Positions 32,753-43,743 of a stretch of 64,000 nucleotides of DNA are shown here, piece by piece. The stretch spans positions 1 to 64,000 of the forward strand of contig JALGPX010000045.1 of assembly GCA_023515795.1 (NCBI GenBank). Direction: 5' to 3'. Below the pieces are notes generated by a model. It did not search any database, had not been told where the DNA came from, and saw nothing but the letters and a program-made list of their open reading frames with translations. The translations under genes were made by a program, and so were the position numbers. Numbering within the stretch: position 1 is the stretch's first letter; every line of letters begins with the position of its first letter. This stretch comes from Amoeboaphelidium occidentale. Taxonomy: Eukaryota.

Positions 32753-33847
32753 TTATTGCTTATCTTTGATCTTCTCATGGAACAGGTTTAGTTCCTTCTC
32801 ATCCATCTCATATGTGTGTTGCTTTTGTGGAAATGAGACAGATTTGACTTCCTTCACGTACTCTGAAATTGCACTTGTAACTTGATCATTCAGATTTGCA
32901 TACAACTTACAGAACTTTGGCACGAACTTATCAAACATTCCCAGCATGTCTTGCTGTACCAGAACTTGACCTGAACAATTTGGACCAGCTCCTATTCCAA
33001 TAGTTGGAATATCTAACTGTTCCGTTATGTAAGTCGCGACTGGTTCTGGCATGGCTTCAAGTACAATGCTGAAACAACCAGCGTCCTGAAGTATTTTGGC
33101 TTCTTCGACAAGTTTCAATGCCTAATAAGAATCAATTCAATTAATCCATAGACTAGGCGTAAGTTACATTATCAGCCGTCTTTCCTTGTACGCGAAAACC
33201 TCCCAACATGACCTGACTTTGTGGAGTCAATCCGATATGTCCCATAACCAGAATTCCAGCGTCAACTATTCCTCTTATTTTATCTGCCATCTTCGCACCG
33301 CCTTCCAATTTAACAGCCTTCGAAGATTATTTCGTAGCAGAAATGTTGAGATACCTCTACTTTTCCTTCTTGAACAAATCTGATGGCATTTTCTATAGCC
33401 TTCTCCTTTGACACTTGATAACTTCCAAATGGCATATCTCCGACAATAAACGGTGTCTTAGAACCTCTTGCCACAGCTTTACAATGATGTATCATTTCCT
33501 TGAAGCGTTAATTGTCCTAAGTATGCTTTGATAATCATACATCCATAGTCACAGGCACCGTAGAATCATAGCCTAATGCAACCATACCGAGACTATCACC
33601 AACGAGTACAATATCAACATTTGCTTTTTCACACAGCACGGCAGAAGGATAATCATGCGCTGTTACCATTGCGATCTTGACGTCGTTCCGATACATGTTC
33701 TTTAGTGTGAGAACGCTAACCTTCTTACGATCTTGAATAACATTCAGATATCAAATCAAGTAAGTTCGTACCTGTAATTGAAACATGCTTCTGAGGAGGT
33801 CTGGAACTGAACATTCTACTCAAAGCTTTTTTGCACATCAACATCAT
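32753..33847 (-). CDS. panB: Ketopantoate hydroxymethyltransferase (mitochondrial-type N-terminus)
   Basis: [55 protein letters not shown]; introns 33771-33732, 33540-33499, 33354-33318, 33167-33122. Confidence 0.95.
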
Positions 33848-33904
33848 CTTCGACGTCTGCATCGTAACTTGCAAGTAGCGACAGACACAAAAATAGAAAA
33901 TCGT

Positions 33905-36900
33905 ATGGCTGAGGAATTTAGACCGCAGAACTTAAAAGCAACGGAAAGATACCTCGAGCAATTAGGCCCAGAGAAGGTTCCGGGAGAAGAAAAGTTTGAT
34001 GGATCTCTGAAGAAGAACTCAGCAATGGTCAGTAAGCTCAAAAGCGTGACAGAGGATAACAGTTCGAAATTATACGAAGATTTGTCAAAGCTTAAATTCC
34101 AAAAGTTTGTACAGGAAATAACCGTGTCATTGTCTGATGCTGCTGGAAAGATTAAATCGAGTGGTGATCTCGTTGGGTTCATGAAGATATGCTCGCTTGT
34201 GCATTGCAGGAGTCAGGAATTTATATCACCGTTCCTTAATGCTCTTCTAAAGAATCTTTTACCCTACACGCCCAGCAAGTCACAATCGAGCGCAACGGCT
34301 TCTGAGAGGACGCTTGATAAACAGGAACAAAGCAAACAGTTGTTACAAAAGACTGTACTAAGAGTTTTGGGCGAAATGACTTTATGGGGTTTGTGTGAGC
34401 CTTCCTTGTTTGTAGGGAAATCTTCCGTGTTTCCGTGCTCAATGCCTTCCATGAGTGTGAAGTTTGTTGGTGATTTGACTTTGAAGGATGTGTTATCGTT
34501 AGAAGGTGGTTTCTTATGTTATATCCTGTTTCTGTATTTGAAGAATGACAAGGACAAGAATAATTCTTACTTGGCTTTACATTTTGCGAAACACTTTGGC
34601 ACGTCTTTTATAACTTCAACGACGGTTTTATCAGAGAAGGTTCTTAATTTGTTACAAACGCTATTCGAAGAATATCATAAATCTACATGCGAGATGCTGA
34701 TCGATGAAATGAAGAAGTTTAACAAGATGAAGCGCTATAACGAAGATTATGTCATAACTCGCGGCGAATTGACCGAAGCACAAAAGACTCGTTTTGAAGA
34801 TTGTAAGGCGACAGTTGATAAGTTGACTACAATAGCTCAAGGATTATCTTCTAGTCTCGGTTACACTATGCCAGATTTGCCTTCTGATGTTGATTTAGAA
34901 GAAGAAAAGGCTTCAGCGACAATTATTGGTAACCTTCAAAATCAGGACTCAGACTTTTCTCAATCTCCATTTGGAGATCAGGAAACAAAAGAGTTTTACA
35001 CTGATATCATTGACATTGGAAACTTGGTTCCAAAAGTTATTCTTGTTCTATCAGAAAAGAAGAAAAAGAAAAAGAAGAGAGAGAAGCAAGCACATGATGA
35101 TGATGACTATTTTGAAGATGAGTTTTACGATAACATTGACGATGAGGTACTAGAAGACATCGAGAAACAGGCTTTAAAGAATGATGAGATTGAACAGAGT
35201 GGAGCCTCTACTGAAAGATCAAAGAATGCTGTTGCTGCAGGATCGACTTCTGTGGAAAATATTTTGTTAACACTTCCAAATCTTGTCAACAAATCTCTTA
35301 TTGATAAAGCCGTACTTGACTTCTGCAATGCTCAGCAACATTGTAAAGAGAAGGCTAGAGCTAGCTTGATAACAACTTTAACCCAAGTTCCTAGATATCG
35401 TCATGATTTACTTCCTTATTACGCCAGATTCATTGCTCTTATTCATCCTTATATGCCTGAAGTTGGAAATACAGTGGTAGCTGCATTAGTTTCTGAATTT
35501 AAGAGAAGATATGGAAAGCAGCATCCTATGGAGTTGGAGCACAGAATTAAAAATATCAAGTTTCTTGGGGAACTAACCAAATTCAAAGTATGTCCAACTC
35601 ACGTTATGTTCTATTGTTTCAATCGATTGATTAAACCGGAAACTTCCGGCAGCAAGTTTACATCACATCATGTTATGGTAGCTTGTAATTTGTTGGAGAA
35701 TTGTGGACGTTACATGTTGAAAACTCCAGATGTTGGACGTAAATGGGCGCCATTTATGGAAATTATGAAAAGAAAATGCAATGCTGCTTACTTGGAACCT
35801 CATGTTCAATTAATGGTAGAGAATGCATTTCTTGCTGCTGATCCTCCTGACATCAAAGAGGACAAAAGGGAAGAAAAACCAAGAACACCGATGGAAATTT
35901 TTGTCAGAAAACTGATTTACAAAGACTTGAATCCTAGAAATGTGNNNNNNNNNNNNNNNNNNNNCAATTAATGGTAGAGAATGCATTTCTTGCTGCTGAT
36001 CCTCCTGACATCAAAGAGGACAAAAAGGAAGAAAAACCAAGAACACCGATGGAAATTTTTGTCAGAAAACTGATTTACAAAGACTTGAATCCTAGAAATG
36101 TGGTTAATGTGCTCCAGCTTTTGAGAGCATTGCCGTGGAAAAATGCATTAACACAGGAATTGTGGGATGAAAAGGCTTTTCAGGAACGCAAAAAGTCAAA
36201 CCCCGAAGAAATTGAGGAATACAAACCAGCTATGGCAGAAGTTATGATTCCAGATGTTGTTTTGGAGATCTTTACGAAAGTGTGGAAGGTCAAATTTTCG
36301 GATGTTATTCTAATGGCAGAGATAGCAACAGGATTAACATACTTTCATCCTGATTTTGGTGTTAAACTCGTTGATAACGTCTTGGAACTTGTCCGCGTAG
36401 GGCTAGAAGATATGACTCATTTTAGATTTCAGCAGAGAAGAATCTTAATTGTACGTTATCTTGGAGAGCTATTCAACTTTGGTTGTGTTTCATCGAACAT
36501 TATTTTTGAAGCTCTTGATTCCTTCATTTCATTTGGTCATCAAAATAGTATGCCGCATCCTAACGAAACTCCTGTATCAAAGTTTGATCCTCCTACCGAT
36601 TACTTTAGAATCAAATTGATCACAGAATTGTTGGATACTTGTGGCGCATTCTTGAATAAGGGAAGCCATTCAGTAAAACTGGACAGGTTTTTGGTTTACT
36701 TCCAATATTATATTCTTTGCAAAGATGCTGACTCTATGCCTCTTGAGATTGGCTTTGCTATAGATGATACCCTAGAAAGACTAAAGCCTGGTTTCAAAAG
36801 AGTTCGTGATTTCGCAGAAGCAGAACAAATGCTCATAAATTTGAAGAAGAACGAGCAAATTAATGAGCCCGAAGTACAAGATAATCACGCGGAGGAGGAA

Positions 36901-37413
36901 GATCACGAGTCTGTTAATGAGGAGAGTGAGGATGATGAAGAGAATCATGACGAACAGAATGGCAGTGTCGATGGTGATGATCTCGACGAAGACGACGATG
37001 AAGAGTTGTTAGAAGAACAGGAAGCTGAAATTGAAGAAGAAGTCGTAGTTGTTAAAGAAAAATTCGAAGAAGCCACTCCGGAAGAACAAATGGCGTTTAG
37101 TAAGGAGCTTCAAGATATTTTGTCGGAGAGCATCGCAAGTCGAAGAAATGAGAAACGAGCTGTTTTAGATGTCGCGATCCCTATGAGTTTCAAGGAAACA
37201 GAAAGCTCAAAGTCTAAAGCACAAAACGAAGTGGAAAAGAGTGATGGACAAGTTGTCACATTTAAATTGATGACAAGAGGTCAATCGGTTAAATCATTGG
37301 CTGTTCCATCAGACTCAGTTATAGCCTTATCAGCAGCATCAAAGAAAGAAGAAAAAATGAAAGAACAGAATGCATTAAAGAAGATTACGCTTCAAATGTA
37401 CCGAAACCAGTAA
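33905..37413 (+). CDS. UPF2: Nonsense-mediated decay factor Upf2 (single gene split by an N-gap)
   Basis: DGSLKKNSA, DLLPYYARF, KFLGELTKF, NLLENCGRY, YLGELFNF, DPPTDYFRIKL...LLDTCG, acidic region, FKLMTRG; flanks of gap 35945-35964 duplicated. Confidence 0.93.
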
Positions 37414-37593
37414 ATTTGTTCTGTAGATTGATGCCTGTGACGGAATTTGTAAATTATCTTTGTTGAGGGTATCAAGATTGGTCTCCCTGTTCAAGTGCAC
37501 CGGCTAAGGATTTCAAGTCAGGAAATATCTTTAAGAATAAAGGCGTTGTGCTAATAATCGCAGCTGAGAGGTTGTTTCAACTTTATTGGTCAA

Positions 37594-37854
37594 ATGTCCA
37601 AAAAATTGCGTTCAGAAGAAACCTCTGTTTCATCAGCTGCACCTACACCAAATCGCCTGGGTGTTTCCGATGGCCTACACAACAGCTTAATTAACACTGC
37701 CATGAGAGTCAGAAGAGCAGTCTACGGTGGCTACCAAAATGGCACTAAAAAACCTGTCTTGGATGCTGATGGGAACATCATGGAACCTCCAACTGTTACT
37801 CAAGAGGTCCCAGCATGGTTAAAAAAGAGAAGACAAGATGAAATGGAGCACTGA
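37594..37854 (+). CDS. Spd1/Dif1-like ribonucleotide reductase inhibitor
   Basis: 86-aa low-complexity protein with SLINTAMRVRRAVYGGY, matching the HUG-domain pattern SLxxVGMRVRKSxxxGY. Confidence 0.7.
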   Translation: MSKKLRSEETSVSSAAPTPNRLGVSDGLHNSLINTAMRVRRAVYGGYQNGTKKPVLDADGNIMEPPTVTQEVPAWLKKRRQDEMEH

Positions 37855-37897
37855 AACACTAACTGATGCTTTACATAATAAATCTGATTATACTTTT

Positions 37898-38392
37898 CTA
37901 TTCTGCTTCCTTTAGCAACTTCTTCAATTCCTCTCTGACCCTTTGCTCATGCACAGCGTACCGTGCAGATTCCAAAGAGTCCGTAAAAAGCCTTTCGTAC
38001 AAATGAGCTGCGATTAAACCAAAAGTGAGAAGTCCTGTTGCGATAATTCCATAGACGCCCGTCGCTCCATAAGGCTGATTGTGTTCCTCTGGGCCTAAAT
38101 CAGACAACTTCTCGCGCTCAAAGTAATGCGGAAAATACTTCAACATCCATTTTGGCGGTGCATTTGTGGGTGCGTTCTGTGGAGGGTCCATTCTTATTAA
38201 TGGATTATTGCGCATCGACGGTGGAGGTCGAAGTATCACGTCCGATGATAGTCGCTTATCCCCTGCAGTCGATATAACCTTCTTATTCATATCAGATTTT
38301 CCATCCTTCTCCGCTTTGGTATTTTTTGATATAAAAATTGTGCGCCTCGTGAGTATCCTCAAAGGATTAAGGATTCTATTGGTTTTGATCAT
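37898..38392 (-). CDS. Hypothetical single-pass membrane protein, probably mitochondrial
   Basis: Arg-rich presequence-like N-terminus; one TM helix (VYGIIATGLLTFGLIAAHLY). Confidence 0.6.
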   Translation of the reverse strand: MIKTNRILNPLRILTRRTIFISKNTKAEKDGKSDMNKKVISTAGDKRLSSDVILRPPPSMRNNPLIRMDPPQNAPTNAPPKWMLKYFPHYFEREKLSDLGPEEHNQPYGATGVYGIIATGLLTFGLIAAHLYERLFTDSLESARYAVHEQRVREELKKLLKEAE

Positions 38393-38407
38393 GATCGTCT
38401 TCAAGAA

Positions 38408-39892
38408 TTACGAAGATTTTGCAAAAACAGCCGTCGTATGAGGGCCACATGATATATCAGTACTTAATAAAGCCTTGCTACTGCTATTGTTACCAAATAA
38501 TGCGCTCAACCATCCCCAGTTACCTTTCCCATCTTGTCGCGATGTCTTGACCAACTGGAATCTATCAATGCTATCATTATCACTCTCAAACACTGGCTTA
38601 ACAAGTACAGGCGACTGAATGTTTAGTGAAGGGACATCTACAAAACATTCCCCGTTGGAATTACTTCCCCATGCTAACACATCATTTCCAAATCCTTCAG
38701 ATCCAGATCCAATTACAGCGAACGCATGTGTTCCCGATGCCACAATTTCTTTAACTTCAATTGGCTTCATACTTTTAGATTCTTCATTATACTGTGACAA
38801 ACCAGAAAGCTTTCTGATTCTTACTGGCTCTGAAGCAAGATGAATAGGAGAGCCATTTCCAGTTTGTCCGTTTAATCCGTAACCAGCCGCCAAAACTTCG
38901 ATGGTTGAAGCGTCTTCCTTTACAAAATAACTATTCTTTCCTGCTGCATAGATTCCTGTTATCTTTCCATCAGCACCAACAGATGAAACTTCTACGCTCT
39001 TTGGAACAGACCAAATTTTACGCAATTCAATTGGCGCGTTAAAAAACAAAGGAACATCATTTGAATATACACCTTCACCCAATTCACCACTCTCGTTGGA
39101 ACCCCAACCATAAACTCTTCCATCTGCAGTTCTGGCAAGACAATGATTATCCCCAGATGCAATTGCAACAACTTTTCCTGCGATTCCTGAAACGCGTTTC
39201 AGCTTCAAATCTGCAACAGGCGCCCTTTGTGAGGTAGAATCTTTCTGCTTCACTTCTTCTCCTGAACCCAATTGGCCTTTGCTGTTTGAACCTGCAGAAT
39301 AAACTAAACCTTTGGAACTCAAAATTAAAACATGATCTTTTCCAGCTACGATATCAGTAGCCTTCTCATTATCAAAATAGTTCTGTTGTGGAACCTTTAA
39401 GGCTACTTTTGTGATGTTGTCTGCACTGGCACCCTCTTTGACTTCGAAACTTAAAACTTCGCCTGATGATTTTAAAACTGTTAGGAATCTATCGCTTAAT
39501 GCGACCTTTTCGATATTCAGTCCTGAAGCAATACGAACGGGAACGTGTTTCTGTCCTTTGCCAAAGAATGCACTTCCCCAAACAAATAAATCACCTTTAG
39601 AATCCACAGCAGCGGCGTAATTTCTGTGCAGCTGAACACATTTAAAAGAAATATCATCAAATGCAGATAATCTACGCGGTGTCTTCCGTGATGATACTCC
39701 AGGGTTCTCTGGATCCACAACAGATTCAGCATTACTTCCCCATAGAACAAGCCCTTTCTTATCCAATAATGACTTTAAACGCTCTTTGCTTTTACGCTCC
39801 ACACCGGAATCATCGCAAAGTAAGCTCTTTGATATCAATAGCGCACCACAAGCGGAAGCTGCACCAAAAATTCCCAATCGCAATCTGAACAT
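38408..39892 (-). CDS. Mitochondrial RCC1-repeat protein (Fmp25-like)
   Basis: Presequence-like N-terminus; RCC1 repeats AGKDH..L..G.VYSAGSN.KGQLG and SGDNH.LA..DGRVYGWGSN..GELG. Confidence 0.85.
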   Translation of the reverse strand: MFRLRLGIFGAASACGALLISKSLLCDDSGVERKSKERLKSLLDKKGLVLWGSNAESVVDPENPGVSSRKTPRRLSAFDDISFKCVQLHRNYAAAVDSKGDLFVWGSAFFGKGQKHVPVRIASGLNIEKVALSDRFLTVLKSSGEVLSFEVKEGASADNITKVALKVPQQNYFDNEKATDIVAGKDHVLILSSKGLVYSAGSNSKGQLGSGEEVKQKDSTSQRAPVADLKLKRVSGIAGKVVAIASGDNHCLARTADGRVYGWGSNESGELGEGVYSNDVPLFFNAPIELRKIWSVPKSVEVSSVGADGKITGIYAAGKNSYFVKEDASTIEVLAAGYGLNGQTGNGSPIHLASEPVRIRKLSGLSQYNEESKSMKPIEVKEIVASGTHAFAVIGSGSEGFGNDVLAWGSNSNGECFVDVPSLNIQSPVLVKPVFESDNDSIDRFQLVKTSRQDGKGNWGWLSALFGNNSSSKALLSTDISCGPHTTAVFAKSS

Positions 39893-39988
39893 GACGCAAA
39901 GAAAATTCCAGCCTGTTGTTTCAGGCTACTGCACGTCTGTATGTAAAGCATTGTGAGCTACGTCGAAAAGGTCCAGCAAATTAGTTTA

Positions 39989-42320
39989 TTACTTAAGCTT
40001 TACGGCAGTACTTCTCAAAGAGTATCCTTCTTCTTCTGGCTTCGTTTCAATCTCAGTCTCGACAAATACGATCAAACGCTTATGACTTTCCATGCTGCTA
40101 TCACTGAAATAATCATCATGAATTCTGTCAAATGAGGCAGTAATATTCACAGTCGACAATTTCAAGAAGCGACAGTCCTGTAAAGACCTTCCGTTCATTA
40201 ACGCTTCAAAGTCTGCAGTCTCGAAATCACTATTCTGTGCCCTATTAGTAAGAATGATTGTTATTCTGTCCTTCTTTTCGATTCTTTGAAATATTTCGAG
40301 GGTGGTTGAAACAGCAAGACCGTTTTTGCGATCTTTAGCTTCGCCTCTGAGACGTTCAACATTCTCTCCTGTGCCACCAAGTTCTCCACTTACATCCATT
40401 TTTTCTGAATTTCTACAACGCTGCAAATTCTTCATATTAATCAAAGTGTTTGCGCTATTCAAAAGGAAGTCTGGCCATTCTGTATTTGGAGCTGAAAAGA
40501 AAGGGATGATAATGTCTTGAAACCCATCAACCCAATTAAGCCCAGTCAATTTGAAATTGCTGAAATCAAGGATGTGATCGTATAGCTCATACATCAAGTT
40601 CTTGAAAAAGTCAACCAGCGGAATACCTCCCAACCCATTTTGTCTAGAAGCTAAACAAATAGCAGAGGCTAGCCAAGCCTCCATCTGCATGCCATCTTCA
40701 GTTAACTGTATACCATTCCTCAAATCGATCTTTTGTAGATACATAGCCCCGTCGATATTATTAAAAAAATCATTGCATCTAAATCGAAAGGGGCAAGGGG
40801 TCTCATTCTTGTAGATACTTCTGTAACCTTTTCCGCCCAACATCACTAAATGCAGCAAGAGATCTTCTGAAGGTGCCGGAAAAACTTTAACAGGGCGCCA
40901 CTCATTAGCCTCGCCTTCCAGTTGTCCATTATTTTGTAAGATTAACGGCTTATCATCAACTTGCAATCGGCCATAGTGATGATGAATGAACACAGTTGAC
41001 TTTCCGTCGGCATTTCCGACATGAAATACATTAAGCGATAATGCAACTTGGCCCATTTGGCCTGCTTCAAACCTTGTTACCTTCTTGTAGGCAATGAAAT
41101 TAGGAAACAATTCTCTCGAAATTTCGTCCCAAGCAGAGAGATCATTCTCTATAGGATCACTACTGCAAAATAAGTTAAATGTGTCAATTGCAAATAAAGG
41201 TCTTGAATGAACTAAGACTTGGTGCGAAAATTCTGAAACATTCTTGTGCTCAAATTTGTCTAGAACGTTTGGTAAACCACTGAAAATATGGCACCAATTG
41301 TAAACACCGCCATCACGACTCATGTCAGTCTTCTTTATCAAATTTGCAACCCTAGCGTCCGTTCCCATGATAATCGTAAGAATTCCAACCGAAAGAAACC
41401 CATTTCGAATAAAGGTCAGTTTTTTCTCGTTAGACGACGATTTATCATTGCTGCTCTCCAAAGGAATAAACTCGTCTAAAATGACGACAGGTCTTTCATC
41501 TACTTTCCAAGTTCTCTGGATTTTCTCTTTCAATTGAATCCCACTCATTTGGTGTATTCCCACCCTTTCTTTGCTACCATACAAATTGCCAAACAGGAGC
41601 TTATCAATGAACCCAAACACATACAACTTCTCCTCCAATAGAACCCTTCTCATCTCAGGAACTTTGCCTCTCAAATCTTCTTCGCAGCAAGTAACAAACA
41701 AATAGGAAGGCAATGCAAAGAAGCGGTAAATACTTTGCGATCGTTCAGCCAATTCCTTCGAAAGCAAGTAGTAAACCTTTCTTCTAGACTTTCCTGCTAG
41801 GCTCTGTTCCAGCAAAGTCATGCCCATTTGTGTTTTCCCGGTACCGGACGATCCTTCCACAAAGATGAACGGCAATTCTTTTTCTGGGTAAACTTCATCA
41901 ATTAATTAATTCATTCTTTTTGTAGAGATGTCTTCGAGTATTAGCTTGGCCTTTTCGCGGTAGAATTCATAAGCTCTACCAGCTCGTCCTGTGTTGCTGA
42001 AACTCATCGAACCAGAAATTGCACGAGATGGTGCTATAGCATTAGCACACATCTTAAAGATTAAACAAGAATTTACCATCTAAAGAAACAAAATTCATTA
42101 TCAAGACGCTTCTCTCTGTAATATTGTGTTCTTGAACAACTTCAGACATAGTCATGCCAGTAACAAGCGGACCAGAATCTTCTGAAACGTGGAGGTTGAT
42201 GTTCACAGGCTTTGGAGCTGGCTCTAATTCATTACAAGCCTTCTTAATAAATTGGCCAACAAATTCGTTGCCTGTTACGGACACGAATGCCTCCCGGTCA
42301 CAATACTTCACCATGAGCAT
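39989..42320 (-). CDS. Crinkler-type gene: small N-terminal header + P-loop NTPase + restriction-endonuclease-like C-terminus (one in-frame TAA)
   Basis: Intron 42076-42034 (GCTAAT branch) joins the header exon in frame; GSSGTGKT Walker A, VVILDE Walker B, C-terminal D...GEAKD; TAA at 41908-41906. Confidence 0.65.
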
Positions 42321-42635
42321 ATTTGGAACCAAGTCAGAGTTCGAATCTAAAGTTTGAGCATAGTAGAATGGATATTACCCATTTTTCATGAGACTTAATC
42401 TCAAATAGAAATAAAATAATTTTAAGCACTGAGTCATGATCTTTTCGGTTAAAGAAAGGCATGTGATCGCGATGATCCTGCCGTACATGAAATACATCGT
42501 CATACATAAACTCCGTGCAGCGCTTTAAGAGCGCAAATGTATTTTTTGCCACAAGATCACCAATTTCTGCGCAGTTTAGCTTTCTGATGGGCAACCTTGC
42601 TGCAGGACCAAATATTCTGAATCCATGAATGGAGT

Positions 42636-43712
42636 CTATTGTTTCAGCTTTTTAAGTATTGCTGAACCAGCTCGACTTGCATTTGGCCTGCCTAATTCCA
42701 TGCTTATCCACTCGCCTATTTTAGCCAACTCGTTCAAGTCTACTTTACCATAATCGTAACCAAGCCCTTTTAGCATATAAATTACATCTTCTGTGGCAAC
42801 GTTTCCAGTTGCACCTTTAGCATACGGACATCCTCCTAAGCCTCCAATAGAAGAATCGACTGTTTGTATACCCATTTGAAGACACTGATAAATATTCACT
42901 AGAGCTTGACCATAAGTATCGTGCGCATGAATCGCCAGCTGAGACGTAGAAACATCCCTTGCCACTTTCTCAACCATCTTTGCAATAGAATACGGTGTAC
43001 CCACGCCAATTGTGTCTCCCAAAGATATTTCGTAGCATCCCATATCAAATAATTCCTTTGCAACATATGAAACAACGCTTGGGTCGATAGCGCCTTCAAA
43101 AGGACAACCAACAACACACGAAACGTAACCACGAACTAAAATGCCTTCCTTCTTGGCAGCCTCACAAACTGGAATAAATCGTTTCAATGATTCTTCGATG
43201 CTGCAGTTAATATTCTTTTGTGAGAACGTCTCTGAAGCAGCTCCAAATACTGCGATTTCTTTTGCGCCAGACTTTAAGGCAGCTTCAAATCCTTTTATGT
43301 TTGGGGCTAGCACAGGATAGCTGACTGAAGAAGGATACATAGATGGATTCGAGGATATTTCAGTCATTATCTCAGCAGCGTTTGCCATCTAAGCCTCTCA
43401 GTTTAGAACTTCCAAGAACAAATCGTACCTGAGGAACCCATTTGGGTGAAACGAACGCAGTGGCTTCCACACAAGAGAGACCGGAATTTGATAATTTCCT
43501 AATCAGTTCTAGTTTTGTCTCAACTGATAATGCCTTCTTCTCATTCTGAAGACCATCTCTTGGTCCAACTATCGTAAGAGTTAGGTGATGGTCCGTTACA
43601 GCGGCTAACCTTCCACTATTTTAACATAATCATTGAGTTTGGGTGGTTTTGATGTGGCGGCAGCGTTGGTCGTAATGCTTCGTCGAACTGCTCGAGGCCA
43701 AACAGCAAACAT
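42636..43712 (-). CDS. HMGCL: Hydroxymethylglutaryl-CoA lyase
   Basis: [63 protein letters not shown]; introns 43609-43569 and 43428-43389. Confidence 0.95.
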
Positions 43713-43743
43713 CTTGAACAAAAACGAATATATTACACAACAG

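Noticed and set aside
31821..41908. TAA/TAG reassigned to Gln, as in some aphelids, to explain the two in-frame TAA codons
   Set aside because: Conserved genes (ferritin, SMC1, panB, ING, AMMECR1) end at TAA or TAG at the expected C-termini, and long conserved ORFs contain no internal TAR
42334..42594. 86-aa ORF upstream of the Crinkler-type gene
   Set aside because: Non-ATG start, no recognisable motif, and no splice link to neighbours
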